Shown here: piece after piece, positions 11,801 to 25,249 of the stretch | Numbering within the stretch: the first letter of the stretch is position 1 | Layout of the letters: each line of letters begins with the position of its first letter | NCBI RefSeq assembly: GCF_006345805.1 | Contig: NC_042999.1 | Span: 167,028,001 to 167,092,000 of the forward strand | Source of the DNA: Octopus sinensis | Taxonomy: Eukaryota | DNA: 64,000 bases | Direction: 5' to 3' | Translations under genes and position numbers: made by a program | Notes under the pieces: generated by a model | Database searches by the model: none | Told to the model about the DNA's origin: nothing | The model's input: only the letters and a program-made list of their open reading frames with translations

Positions 11801-12119
11801 TATATATATGTGTGTGTGTGTGTTTGAATATACCAAGTGTATATTTAGATTTGAGCAAAACAATCTTGGGTCCTGGTATGGTGTAAAGATAGGGTATTTC
11901 TAGAGAAGCACGCAACCTGAATACTGGGCTGTCAACACTGTCGTGTTCCAGACGAATGCCGGAATTCTTTAAGCATAGAAAATCCCGGTTTCACGACGGC
12001 GACACCGTAATTGGGGTTTGGCGAAGAGTAAATTATAATCTAAATAAAAAGATAAAGAAATTTAACACATCTTTAATGAGCATATGTGTGTATATGCGCG
12101 CGCGTGCCTATGTACATGT

Positions 12120-12308
12120 ATCTCTTTCTTTACTACCCACAAGGGACTAAATACAGAGAGGACAAACAATGACAGACAAACAGATTAAGTCGATTATATC
12201 AACCCCAGTACGTAACTGGTACTTATTTAATCGACCCCGAAAGGATGAAAGGCAAAGTCGACCTCGGCGGAATTTGAACTCCGAACGTAGCGGCAGACGA
12301 AATACCGA
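12120..12308 (-). mobile_element. SINE family C, 3' portion
   Basis: Reverse complement of the core and tail seen at 58298-58530 (CTGGTACTTATTTAATCGACCCCGAAAGGATGAAAGGCAAAGTCGACCTCGGCGGAATTT). Confidence 0.85.
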
Positions 12309-12311
12309 TCC

Positions 12312-12715
12312 TTATGCTGAAGAAACTTTCATCCTATTCGTCAAAAAAGTTATCAACGGTAGATATGAGGTCATCATCACTGCCATATCCTTTTCTCAGT
12401 CGAGTGTTTTCTCATGTTCGGGAACAGATGGGGCCAAATCAGGAGAGTAGGGAGGAAAATCAACCAAAACCACCCTCACGTACAGCAGCCACTGAATCCC
12501 TGGGTGTGTGTGCTGGAGCATTGTCCTGGTGAATCAAGACCCCTTTAATTAGTTTTCCTGGGTGCTCGTCTTCGTAGCCTTTCGTAAGAAGATAACCAAT
12601 AAGCACAATGCCTTTTGCGTCCGAAAAAAGAAAACTGAGTGCATCGCCTTCTGTGCTGAGGAAACGACCTTTGCTTTCTTTGAAGCAGGGGATGAGGTGT
12701 GGTTTCACCGCACGA
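12312..12715 (-). pseudogene. Mariner transposase remnant
   Basis: Minus-strand translations give KGIVLIGYL, IHQDNAPAHT and PPYSPDLAPS (catalytic-domain motifs), with frameshifts. Confidence 0.8.
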
Positions 12716-13254
12716 ATTGTCTCTTTCAGTTTCTATCTACCAAATCAACAAGGCTTTGGTCGGCTTTGGTCGGTCCGAGGCTATAGTAGAAGACACTCCC
12801 CCAAGCTGTCAGGAGACTACCACTCAGCATTTGAAGTTCGTATTTCTTGAGCTGATATTTTCCGTTTCCACGATCATCCACGAAGGTGGCTCATCACTGC
12901 CACGATTTCGTTGTTCACTCTTCGCAGAAAACCGACCGTTTTCGAGGAATACATATATATTTTTGTTACACAAATGAGATAAAACATATTTCTTCAAAGT
13001 AAAGAAGTCATTAAATCAGGTGTATATATATCAGGTGCACAAGGGAAAGAGGTACAGAGAGAGGCGAGACCTTCAGTCATAACCGCCAAGGCTCTGCAAG
13101 GGATTGCTTTCTGAAGATTGTGCTAACAGGGTGTAAAAATTTGGCTTGCTTTCAATATTGTTGCCATGGAACTTATACTCATTTGGAATCCTAATCTATG
13201 ACGCTCGGTTTCGTATTCATAATATAACCAAATTAGACGCTGGAGAATCTTTGG

Positions 13255-13691
13255 GTACATGGACACATTGAAACACCGACGTCTGGCAGCTGACTTGGCA
13301 GACACCCATAAAATTATCAACCATCGTACAAACAATAACTCTGAGCACCTTTTCAAACTCCACCCATCTAACACCCGTGGACATATTTACAAAGTCAGAA
13401 AACAGCACAGCTCCCATGACTTTTGGAAACATTTTTTCACGCTGAGAGTTGCTGAAGCGTGGAACAAACTGCCGGCATCGGTTGTTAGTTGTCGGAGCAC
13501 TGCATCCTTCAAAACTTCCATGCTTTCTGAGATTCGCCAACACTACACCTGATTTTCTCCCCTCCATACACACACAGGCATGTATCTGACTCATACACTG
13601 TTCACTTTCCAGACATTTTTACATTACTGCATGTACTTTATGTGCACTTTCTGACAAGTTGTGGTGCACCTGAGCACTGTATACAATAATT

Positions 13692-13748
<57 letters not shown>
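13255..13748 (+). mobile_element. CR1/L2-group LINE 3' end (ORF2 C-terminus, 3' UTR, (ATT)n tail)
   Basis: ORF 13259-13552 contains LKHRRLAADL..HKII, TRGHIYK and FFTLRVAEAWNKLPASVV, typical of the CR1 ORF2 end; (ATT)n at 13694-13748. Confidence 0.88.
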
Positions 13749-13749
<1 letters not shown>

Positions 13750-14864
13750 AAAAAAAACGTCGTTTTATACACTATTAAATGCAATATATATACACATACA
13801 TAGTATAAATAATTTTCAAGGGAAATAACTTAGGAACTCATATTTTCGTATATTCAGAGTTGTTTCGCTTCGATTGCTGAGTGTGTTGATGCAAAATTAA
13901 AAAAAAAAAAGGAAAAAATAAATATTTACGTGTGTGGAGAAAGGTGAGCTACATATCAGTTGAAAATAATCAAAACCCCGATAAAATTATATAATGATGT
14001 ACCATATAGTTTTCTGCGTTATAACATTTTAATTCATTATGACTGATGAGGAAAGGTAATAGAAATGAATTAGAAAGTTAAGTGAGTCATTGTTGTTAAT
14101 GACAATTCATAAAATGGAGGTTAATATGCATCAGAAAAAAACTTTGATACTCTGTGAGGTAGAATTAAGAAGTAGATGTCTTGGATTTTACCCCTCTAAA
14201 GTACTAGAATTTCTTACTATTTCAACTACCAGTGTATTCCATAAGTTTTATTTTCTTGGTCGTTTACTTTATGGCCTTGTTAAATCTGATGAAAAATCTT
14301 ATCATCTCTTATTTTCTTATATATAGGCGATGAAAAATCAAGAACTGAGTGGATTTGTATCATTGCTTTTATTATTTATTTATTTATTTGATGATTCCAA
14401 ATTGAACCCCGACAAAGTTGAAGATAATTGGGAATAAGTTATATAAACTCGCTGCCCATTTAACTGCTCATTTTCAATATCGCATATTTTAAGGAGACAG
14501 GGTAGGGTTCTCCCTTGGGTACTGAGTAGTTGCTTATTGAAACTGCTGCTTTTTAAAACTATCTTCTTATCTAAAGCTCTGCTCATATACCGCTATACAC
14601 AGGGTATCACATTATATTTGTAATTTAATGTAAGTTCGTAGATATTCGCCCATGTTTATTTCAGTCCAAGTTGCTTCCGTTTAAAATGTGTCCCATCATT
14701 ACGAGATGCACTGTACATTATTATCTAACATCTATATAGTGATGTATCAATCTCTCAGTTCAGTTCCTACAATAAGTCAATGAATTTCCTTTCATCTCTT
14801 GTGATTCTACACCTACATAAGCTAATGGTAACTCAAATATTCTCTTATATTCTTTCTATTATAG

Positions 14865-15200
14865 CTCCACCACCCTCAAAAACCGTGGCAAAGAGGATCG
14901 ATGACTTCGATAACAAATCTCTGAGAACCATCAAGAAGATCAGATGATACCACCACGTTTCTAATAAAAACTGCGTGCGCACACGCATTATCCCACAGCC
15001 TCCCACCTCATAACTATCCGTCACATGCACTGGTACGGACATGTCTTCCGTCTCCCGCTAGATCATCCTACCAGGGCTTTACTCTCCTTCCACACAGCAG
15101 CTGTGGAGAGCACTGGTGGACCTAGTCGGCTCTATGAATGAGGACGTCTTTAAAACCACTAACCTGGGATGAACCCAGCCCCATCAAGCAAGTGCATGGA
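14865..15200 (+). mobile_element. RTE-clade LINE 3' fragment
   Basis: Translates to KRIDDFDNKSLRTIKKIR*YHHVSN...WYGHVFRLPLDHP (WxGHVxR motif); ends in CAAGCAAG. Confidence 0.65.
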
Positions 15201-17699
15201 AGTAAGCAAGAAGCTATACAGGCACAAAATCTGAAGTTTTAGGGAGGGTTGAGGCTAGTTGATTACATATTTTATCAACCGCAAAAGTTTGAAAGGCAAA
15301 GATGAACTAGGCAGAATTTCAACTCAAATATCATATCAAATTACAAGTAGAATTCATTTTCAATTTTAAATACTCACAAATAACCAACACCGAGCCCCTT
15401 AATAGTGAGCTCCAGCTATTTCTTAATATTTTTGCAATATATTCCGAATGTCTCGCAGCACTCAATATTGGTTAAGCACAATTACTACTGGACTGTAGAA
15501 AATGTTGTTTCATGTATAACTTAGGAAAATTTATGGTCGAAGAAGCGCCAGAGTCACTAGACGTAGGTTACATGTGGTTAAGACGTTCACTTTGCAATCA
15601 TGAAGTCTCGTGTTCGATCTCGCTGCGTAGTATGTTGACCAAGTGCTTTTAGCATAACCTCGGGGAGACTGATGACGTGTGAATGAATTTCCAGCGAAAG
15701 AAACTGTATAGAAGCCTGTCAAATGGATTGTATCCTTGTCATACAGTGTCAAGTTGATTCAGCGAATAGTATGTCTACGGAATGTTCGGCCACTTTACAC
15801 GATCGAATAACTGGACACTGAGACGTCAGAACCGACGGAAGAGTCCATCAATAGTTAAGAGATATTTAAAAGTTGTAATGCTTTATTTTATTGTTTTATT
15901 TATTTTCGGTATGTAACTGTGTTTATTCAATGCTTTGTTTTGCAGATCAGCAATATTTGAATTTAGGTGTTGAAGATAAAATAAAAATACTTCAGTTAAG
16001 TTCCTTCCTGCTAAATGATAACTTTATGACATGTTCAAACTGCGTAATTCAACATTATAACTTTAAACGCCTCACCTCACCTTACCTATTTCTTTACTAC
16101 CCACAAGGGTCTAAACACAGAGAGGACAAACGGATTAAGACGATTATATCGACCCCAGTGCGTAACTGGTACTATCTATCGCACCCCGACTACTCCCTGT
16201 GATCTCAATACCCATATAAAATTTTCCACCCTTTTCACGCGGCAGTGTAACTTACCTCGAACACCTTTCCAATCACCAAAATAATGTTTTTTTACCTGTA
16301 TGTGCTCACGTGCCATTATAGGGTCTCCGAGATTGGTAGAAGGAGAGAAGAAAGGGTCTTCAAACCATAGACCTTGCCCGAACGCTTGCAATACACTGGA
16401 CTCTGCTAAAGCATCTAAAGGTACCAGGTCTTAAACTGTACTATTGACTATGTCTACCACTCATTACTAAATTTCTTCCTAGACTTGAAATTAAGCTTAT
16501 CCTCAATGACTCACTAGTCATGGTCGCTATACCTTTTCCATCAAATAACGATTTAACATTAAAACATAATGCATAAGGCATGTTCTTATATGTATCTTTG
16601 ATTCGTCGGAGGCGAAGATTCAACATTTATGACATATGGGGCGCTTACCAAACTTACCAAATCGATTCAGTGTATAGTTTCTAGTTTAAGCATAAAACCA
16701 GAAATTTTGAGGGGATAGGGTCAGTCAGTTCCCTCTACCCCCGAAGCCGATTGGCATTATATTGTAGCGACTCAAAGTATGAAAGACAAGGTTAACTTCG
16801 GTGTGACTCGAATTCTATCTGGTGCTTTAGCGGCTAATTCTTGTTCTCTAATCAATACACTATACGGAGGGCATTTACGAACAAGCCAATGATAGAGTCT
16901 TTATGTCAGTCATGGGCAAATAGCAGCTCGCGGTTCCGCGTAACGAAAGCATTACCTTGACTTTCTTTTGGTAGTGTGGCCCGCCAAATGATGAGCTACG
17001 TATGATGTGAACCGATTCCCGAAAAATTGTTCATGCCTGTTTTGAGCGGTGGTTGAAATAGCTGACAAATTTCTCTTAAACCTGAAAATCTACTAACTTA
17101 AAACTGGAGTCGCTTATAGAATAACGTAATCTTCGACATATAGAAAGAGGCGATGGTCGGAGCTGGAACGCTTGATTGTAGATCTGCGCAGTAAAGACTG
17201 AATTTGGGCTAAACGTCAACAATACAGGGATATAAATTGTATATTAATAGCTATAATTAGCACTTCCATTATAAATTGTAGGGTCACAACAACTGAATGG
17301 ATAATGCCTGTTGATGGAAGGTGAGTTCAAATCCACTGTACGAATTTCGATGCGTTATTATTAACAGCCAGTGTAATGCTAGCAGGCGCGTTAGACAAAA
17401 CTATACCACGATAAATATGACGGCGATACTTTTCCAGCAGAGAGATGCGTTATATGATTGCCGATCTTTTACTTTGCTGTAAAACCCTTCTGATTCCACC
17501 ATTACCCGCCAAAGCAAATATGGGGTACTGGTATCTACATTTTACGAACAACCACTGTCATTCTAATTTTTATAAGACATTAAGTAATACAAGCGAGAAT
17601 ACATACATACAAAATACATACAAAAGAAAAGAAAAATTGGTGTTGAATTTTATACCCACTCTATCCTATCTCGAGGAACCACCAAATTTTTTCACGAAA

Positions 17700-19045
17700 T
17701 CAACTTTAAGAAATACTATTAAATGGTACCGCATAGCGATTATCAATTGAATAGCATCTAATTTGCACACAAACTCAGCTATTGCATCGGCGATATCTAG
17801 GATATATACATTTTAAACAGGTTCTTCTGGGGGAGCTTTTAGGGAAATTTATTTTGATATGATTCATTTTCTATGCAAGAAAATGGTGTATAGTGAGCAC
17901 CACAGAGTCCTTGTATTTTAAATTTCTTCACAGGTTTATGTTCTTGCCTAACTTCGTTTCCATTCAAAAATTTCTACGGAGACTAATATGTAAATATCTC
18001 CTTGATTTTTTGCTTTATCTTCATCTTAAAGAATAATTGGAATATGGAAATGTGAAAAACCTAATTTCTGAAATTCTATCACTTGAAAGTTCGCTACTGG
18101 TGTTTTAAAACATGCTTCTTCTTTATATCATTCTGTAACTCGGAAAATCGGGTTTCGTGGCGCTAGCTTTTAACTTTGGCCGATTTCAGTTTCACGTCTT
18201 TTTAGATTGATTATTATTTGTAAGCATTTTGGAAAAAGGTCGATATTTCGCTACCATTACAATAATATCTTGAAAGTAGTTACGTGGGCTTCCAATGAAT
18301 GGAAAAGAAAGTATGATTGCTGTTTCAGGTTCTAAATTCCTATGTTCTCACGGTGCAATGTTAATCAATCAACCCATTGTAGTATTCAACTCCCAACTGA
18401 AATTGTTTTTTTCTTTACGAATTGTAAACGGGATCTTTCATCCTTGATGTATATGTCGACTAAGTATTTTTGATAGGCTTTCCTGCCCTTTGAATCACAA
18501 GAGACCGCTTCTATACGCAAAACAATAACAACGGAACTCCTGTATAATTATTTCGAACACCAGTTTGTTGTTCTTCAAAACGTCGCATATCGTTATGGCA
18601 CCAAGCTTACGATGGAAAAATAAAAGAGGGTGACACATTAGATCAAGATGGTACAGCATAAATGAAACCTTCTTCGTGGGACGTTTCTTGGGTGAATTAT
18701 AAAATTTCTAGTTTCGTGGGAAGCTCCATTTTCACCAATAAGCACAATGGCCATTTCAGTACTTGTTGGACGTCAGGTGTCATGATGGGTCACGACACGT
18801 GATGTAAATGACCCACCTGAAGTGCCGTTTATATCTATGGGAATCTGTATCCTGCCCGAGTGCACGCGTCTATATTTGAACTCTAATAAGTGTCTATTTT
18901 CTATAGTTCAGCGTACGGGTTATGATAAATCCTACTTTCTTATATTGTGTACATCACACTAGCAACACATTCTGAATTTTGAGGCGCTTCTGTCTGGGCC
19001 GATATTGTAAATCGTCGACGTAAAGCTGGCCATCTGCAGAGCGCT
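17700..19045 (-). pseudogene. Decayed Helitron RepHel gene fragment (Rep/HUH endonuclease region)
   Basis: Ordered minus-strand motifs: GQLYVDD, HNPYAELY, EMAIVLIGE, LVDIYIKDERSRLQFV, FIGSPR, VIEFQKLGFSHFH (HUH motif 2, ~18040-18085), GLCG..C..KFP, YPRYRR, DNRYAVPFN; many stops and frameshifts. Confidence 0.82.
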
Positions 19046-19051
19046 CATATT

Positions 19052-19131
19052 CCAAGGACACGCAGTGGGACTGAACCTGGAACCATGTGGTTGGTTAGCA
19101 AGCTACTTACCACACAGCCACTCCTGCGCCT
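19052..19131 (-). mobile_element. SINE family A head only
   Basis: GCAGTGGGACTGAACC...CACACAGCCACTCCTGCGCCT. Confidence 0.85.
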
Positions 19132-19744
19132 ATATATTAAATATTTCAAATGTCTTTCATATCTGGGTTTCGCAGTTGAAATATATTCATATGCCTTTTT
19201 ATTCTACATATTTAACACGAACCAACAAAGTAACCACTTCGTGGTCGCTTGACCTTACAGAAATGGAAGCCAAATCGCCTTCAAATTATACTCAACTCTA
19301 ATGAAAAAGTCACATTAGATAATGTAGTCCTAAATATACTGTGGCTAAATAAACGACGTACTGTTCACGGCGAACCGCTTTGTATCAATAAGTCTGCTAC
19401 ATTCACTGTGAAAAATAGTGTTACTACTAGAAAGGAACCCAGCCGTAAATCAGGGATTTTCTTTCTATTCGAACATTCCTTTCATTCCGTATTATGAATA
19501 AAGATAGAAAGGATAGTGTTACATTCATTTCTTCGTCGTTATCGATTTGAAAATACAACCCATATGCAATGATTCCTCTACTATTTTGTAGTAAAAGCGT
19601 ACAAAAACCCTCTGTTGCGCCAATTTCTTTTTGCTGCCGAGTTTCAGTTTGGTGCTGATCACAAAACCTGTGTAAACTTGCATTTACACACAACAGGCCC
19701 AGTGCCTAACATGAATCCCATCGTAAATCGTAAATGAAGAATAA

Positions 19745-20140
19745 TCTTTATATATAAAAGTGAGGTTGTGTGCTGTCTGTCTCCTACGATTTAGATTCCT
19801 AACTACTCCCACATTTTGCGGTGCAGTTTAACCCAAACCGGGTATCTTATAGTCGTGATTCATATCGAGCCCTTCTGGGTATTAGCGCGCGTCTACGATG
19901 AGTCTACGATTTAAAAAAAAATTACCATCAATTTTCCCCATTTTTAATGCATTTTTGGCATATATAAGGGAAGTAACTCTCTAAAAATTTATTATTAAAT
20001 CTCAGAACGAAAAAAGCTACAGTAACACCACCCCCTTTGTGGTTAGCCATATTGAGATGGCTATTATACTTTACATCTCTAAAAATGCTTATATAGTTAT
20101 TTCCCTTACAAACCCGAGCAACGCCGGGCGATACTGCTAG
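19745..20140 (+). mobile_element. Non-autonomous Helitron H1 (396 bp), both ends intact
   Basis: A|TCTTTATATATAAAAG...CCCGAGCAACGCCGGGCGATACTGCTAG|T. Confidence 0.9.
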
Positions 20141-21214
20141 TTATCTATAAAACCTGAGCGAATTTTAGATTGTATTTATTTGCTTCCATTTACTAAGTGT
20201 ATTTTATTATTCAGTCTAACAGGGAGGAGATATTCAGTTTTGTTCTTATTAAATAAGCACTATTGTTCGCATAGATAACAGGCATTTCTTGGTTCTGCAT
20301 TGCTTCAGTTCTGCTTGTGACCGATTCCAAGTATTTCTGTTTTATTTTTAAAACCATATTTTTGGCAAGTCAGCGCTCTGCCTTGAGAGATGTTTCCCTC
20401 ATTCACCTCTTCTCGTTATTAACAAAACAAAGTTTGTAGCTTACAAACAATCTTATGGTAAGCTAATCCTCGCGAACTGGTAACTCAATGTTTTCTTGGC
20501 TCATTTAATCTCCATGAAATGAGATTAAAATATAATTAAAATAAATCACAGGTTTCTATTGAAACATCGACCAAAGAATTAGTCAAACGTTCACCTTTTG
20601 CAAAAATAAATTGTCAAGAAAGCTTATAATTAAGGAGGATTTAACTCAGAAGCAAAACAAAATAAATAATAATACAACTTCACTGTTAACAATTTTACTC
20701 ATACAAAGGTTTGGTTACTCAAAGGGAGACGTAACATTGTATATTTTTATCTTAGAACGCGAGAGAGTTCTCCATTAATCAATATGGTGTCACATATTCA
20801 AACCATGAGCATTTTGTTTGTTTTTGGTTGCAGTGTAGTCATGATGGACAAGTGAATCGGATGTGACATTTCGGGAAGAGCAGCGGCATTCCAGTCCCTC
20901 GAGGAACGCAAGAGAAAAATCTATCCCTCCTTTGTTATTTTGTCTAATGGACATTTATATGCAAAATAGAAACACAGCTTAAATCGAAGTCAATGTTTTT
21001 ACTGTATCTCCGCTTCTCTAAAATGATTTGTGCTTTTGTGGAGAAATTACAGTTTGATCGAATATTAAAATCCTATGAACGACTAAAATAATGTTATGAA
21101 GAAATTGTTCGGAATCAATTTATTTATTAATTCATTGAGTGTAATTTTTAAAAATAACTTTTAAGATGCTTCATGTTAGTAGGAAAATAGATCTAATTAT
21201 TTTTCAACAAACAT

Positions 21215-21380
21215 AGGCGCAGGAGTGGCTGTGTGGTAAGTAGCTTGCTAAACAACTACATGGTTCCGGGTTCAGTCCCACTGCGCGGCATCTTGGGCAA
21301 GTGTCTTCTGCTATAGCCCCGGGCCGACCAATGCCTTGTGAGTGGATTTGGTAGACGGAAACTGAAAGAAGCCTGTCGTA

Positions 21381-21433
<53 letters not shown>

Positions 21434-21655
21434 GTGTGTGTTTGTGTGTCTGTGTTTGTCCCCCTAGCATTGCTTGACAACCGATGCAGGTGTGTTTACG
21501 TCCCCGTCACTTAGCGGTTCGGCAAAAGAGACCGATAGAATAAGTACAAGACTTACAAAGAATAAGTCCCGGGGTCGATTTGCTCTACTAAAGGCGGTGC
21601 TCCAGCATGGTCGCAGTCAAAATGACTGAAACAAGTAAAAGAGTAAAAGCGTAAA
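21215..21655 (+). mobile_element. SINE family A, full-length young copy
   Basis: tRNA-like head, CORE-like CTTGGGCAAGTG, internal (TA)(TG) tract, (GAGTAAAA)n-like tail. Confidence 0.93.
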
Positions 21656-21689
21656 CAAGATTTCGAAATATTTTCACAAATTAAATATA

Positions 21690-22070
21690 CCTTTTTAGCG
21701 GCGTTTCCTCCGACTTTGCGTTAGGAATTCAAACTCCTCCGAGGTCAATTTTGCCTTTCATTCTTTCGAGGTCGATAGAATAAGTACCAGTTGAGCACTG
21801 AAGTTTTTGTAACTGACATACTTCTTCCCCAGAACTTGCTGGCCTTATGCCAAAATTTGAAACCAATATTATAGGAATGCTTAGGGCAGTGAGCTGGCAG
21901 AATTGTTAGCAAAATGTTTAGTGCAACATGTTTTGTGGCATTTCGTCTGTCTCTACGTTCTGAGTTCAAATATCGCCGAGGTCGACTTTGCCTTTTATCC
22001 TTTAGGGGTTGATAAAATAAGTACCTGCCGAGCACTGAGGTCGATGTAATCGACTCATCTCTCCCGAAAT
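21690..22070 (+). mobile_element. Two tandem SINE family C copies
   Basis: Core CCGAGGTC..TTTGCCTTT.AT.CTTT..GG.TCGATA.AATAAGTACC at ~21740 and ~21976. Confidence 0.8.
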
Positions 22071-22096
22071 TACTTTGAAATATTACTGTTACGAAT

Positions 22097-23245
22097 ACGA
22101 GGATTTAACCTAAAGTAAGGCAAAGACAGGCTGACCCTTTTTTAAAACTGATATAAGTCGTTCAGATTGCGCATGTTGGTAACTCTTCCTCTATTCAAAG
22201 GTGCTATTCAACGTATTCTATACCACAAGCAATGCATTTGCACCATCATTGAATGAAATTCGTGAATCCTCTTCGAAAAAATCCGGTGTGCACTGTTGCG
22301 CCCACTTCTTTCCTGATTTGTAGTCAATGAGATATGTGGCCACGTAGTGTCATAGTGAATGTCGCTCATTTTCAGTTCTTTGTTCGACATATTACTCTTC
22401 GTGGCTTCTCTAAGCTTCCAGGCAGTCTCGATGCATCGCTCGCTGTTTACAGCCACGTTCCAGAAAATCAAAGAGGAAAGAATACCGCTCTCGTCATCCA
22501 AAGAAAATGAATAAATAAAAATGAATAGTCACTATAACTTTCTGTACTGATTGCTAACTCTTGAACTTCTAAGGCCTTAGAGAAGAGATATGATACTATC
22601 CCAAGGACTGAATCTTTGTTTCTGGATCTAAATGTGCAGTCACATTTTATACCCTGCCAACAGATCGAAAAATGAAAAAAAAAAAAAGACCTATCTCCTT
22701 TGGCTTCAAACGCTTCCTGCAGCTCAGAGCAGACTTTCACCATTATTTATTTCAAATGGGATGTCAATTGTCGAGATGCCCATTAATTTTGCTTACACTT
22801 TCTGATATCCAAAGCCTTTCAATATCTTCTATAATCCATTGTAACCCAGTCCCCTTCTATGACAAGCTCATCGAATGGGAATAAATTTGTTCAGTCGTCG
22901 GTGATTGGGGTCAGTGGTTGCAATTGATTATCTTCCACTGCGTGGTTTTTCAGTTATTGTTTCTCTTTCTTTAGACTTTATCTGTTTGTGCACATTGCTC
23001 TTGTCAGCGGTGATCTATCTGTAAAGAACCTTTAGACTTTCAGGAATGTCGGATAGCCCACACTCCCTCCTTTGTCAAAAACTCAATGTCGGTTCGTTGC
23101 TTCTGCTTGCAACCCATTATTTGCCTGCAATGAAAAAGAATAAGAAGAAGAGTTACTCTGCCGATATGAACAATTTGAATGACCTATGTTTGTTCATAAA
23201 AAAAAGTCATACCCATTTTTCTTTACTTACAGTACAGCCCTTATA
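22097..23245 (-). mobile_element. Near full-length decayed mariner element
   Basis: Minus-strand motifs in order: IEFLTKEG, ASRQLT (WVPRxLT-like), VKVCSELQEAFEAKGD, LIFWN, FFRRG...WCKCIACGIEYVE*; TACGAGG end at 22097 and a weak opposite TIR near 23210-23245. Confidence 0.7.
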
Positions 23246-23592
23246 GAATAGTAGAACTACTATAGTCTCAAAATTAGACTTAGTCGCTACTATTGTCTGT
23301 AACTATTTTCAAGTGCTATATTTCATACCAATTCATGATGGATTAGCTTACCGCAGCTGCAAAACTGTTTCTAAGTAGCACACTTCATGCTTTGTTAACG
23401 GCAAGTAGAAGTGGATGAGAGAAACATCTCACATGGCAAAATAAGGATTTGTCAAAAGTGCGATTTTAACACTTTAACTGCGAAATTTAATTTCATAGTT
23501 ATTCAGTAATAATGTTAAATATCTACAGGAAAAAAAAAATACACATTTTTTGCAAATCACTTAACATCAATAAACTTGACATATCTCAAATA

Positions 23593-23755
23593 CTTAGTGG
23601 TATTTCGTCTGTCTTTACGTTCAAATTCCGCCGAGGTCGACTTTGTCTTTCATCCTTTCAGGGTCGATGAATTAAGTACCAGTTGCATATTGGTGTCGAT
23701 CTAATAGACTGGCCCCTCCCCCGAAATTTCTGGCCTTGTGCCGAGAGTAGAAAAT
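23593..23755 (+). mobile_element. SINE family C
   Basis: CTTAGTGGTATTTCGTCTG...CCGAGGTCGACTTTGTCTTTCATCC...GGCCTTGTGCCGAGAGTAGAAAA. Confidence 0.85.
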
Positions 23756-23929
23756 GATATTATTTGCAAATCAAGTGACCTCAATAAACTTGACATTTCT
23801 CTCATAAAAAAAAGTTTAAAAGACGACATTCCTCAACAAAATATACAGTGGTATTGCTTTCTGCAGTTAAGGGTAATGAGATTTTGAGTGGATATATCTG
23901 ATATTTTCAGTAAAACGGTTAAAAATACA

Positions 23930-24320
23930 AAACAGAAGCACTTGCAATCGGTTACAAGGTGAACTGGAACAATGCAACACCAAGTTTGTAATCCATTTGA
24001 ATACTCCATCAATGACCCGGTTGCTTCAGTCTCCTATTCACATATATAGCCCTCAGGACACGGATGAGGTTAGAGAATACAAGAAAATGAGGACATCTAT
24101 GGACAATTGATAAGGTATTTGCAAATCCAGTACCAAAGATACACTTTCAGCTACATACTTATTATTATTGGAGCAACATGACACATACGAACCCGACAGG
24201 AGCAAATTATGGCGGAACGTGGGATCTTGGGGAGAGAAGGCAAATTCTTAATTCATATGTTACAAATAATCCTGATATCTGGGACTATGAAAATCTGTAA
24301 GACCTTCTTTAGACTTAAAA
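23930..24320 (+). pseudogene. Possible LINE apurinic-like endonuclease remnant
   Basis: IHIYSP (xxYAP-like), ENEDIYGQL and GTWDLGER in the expected order; highly decayed. Confidence 0.4.
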
Positions 24321-24412
24321 GATGATGAAGCAAAATACTTTCCTCCACAATCTTGCAACCAAGTAAGTGATCGGTCAAAATTTACTCTAAAATTTAATAA
24401 AAAAAGAGAACG

Positions 24413-24433
24413 ATAGATAGATAGACAGATAAG

Positions 24434-24464
<31 letters not shown>

Positions 24465-24472
24465 GTAGGTAT

Positions 24473-24521
<49 letters not shown>

Positions 24522-25051
24522 GAGATAGAGAGATAGATAAATAGATAGGTATGTAGGTAGATAGATAGGTAGATAGATAAGTTTCTTTATTGGCCACACA
24601 GGGCTACACACAGATGGGACAAGTTACAAGGCAGAGCTTTTCTTTTGGGGGATGAAAAAAACAAAAAACAAAAAACAAAAGAAACAAAAAAAAAGGTGAC
24701 GTAGGTCTTCGATCAAAAGAGATCGTATCTCGGGCAGGTCGGCCCCGTGTTTCTCGAGCCGTGTCTGTAGAGCTTATCCCGAACGGGTAGCGCTTCTCGA
24801 TAGCACTGCCAGGCCAGGGATCTCTGGAAGTTATCCATGGGCTCTGGCCCGAAAGTCGTCCAGAACAGGCGGGTCAGGTACTCCTCGTCGACGTCCAGGT
24901 TCGCCCCGAGCTCGTCGTCGTACATCCCCTCCACTAATCCCCTATAGAATGCTTTGGTTGTGATGGAGTCACTCAAGGTCGACCCAGGACGGCAGAGTTG
25001 CTTGAGAGCAACGCGACACTCGCGGTGCCATTCGATAGATAGATAGATAGG

Positions 25052-25143
<92 letters not shown>
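24413..25143. repeat. (GATA)n microsatellite split in two by a Tx1-like insertion
   Basis: GATA tracts at 24413-24579 and 25034-25143. Confidence 0.95.
24580..25033 (-). mobile_element. Tx1/L1-clade LINE: 5'-truncated, internally deleted 3' end
   Basis: 24728-25033 is homologous to ~39495-39800 (FQRSLAWQCYREALPVRDKL...CPR); then a T-rich 3' UTR with AATAAA (24586-24591) running into (TATC)n. Confidence 0.85.
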
Positions 25144-25249
25144 GGGACCATTTTAAGGCTACGATACGCATATTTGTCAACAGAAATGGCAAGCATTAAT
25201 AGTACTGGATTTAAATCAACTAACTGACCATATAAATTATTAAGTATTG

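Noticed and set aside
16180-16650. Coding-like minus-strand segment (PIMAREHIQVKKHYFGDW...)
   Set aside because: No recognisable motif; cannot be assigned without a search.
21204-21480. Recurrent MLGGQTQTH.../MSSNARGTNT... ORFs (also at 27.9, 35.7-38.5 and 61.8 kb)
   Set aside because: Antisense translations of SINE A copies, not a gene family.
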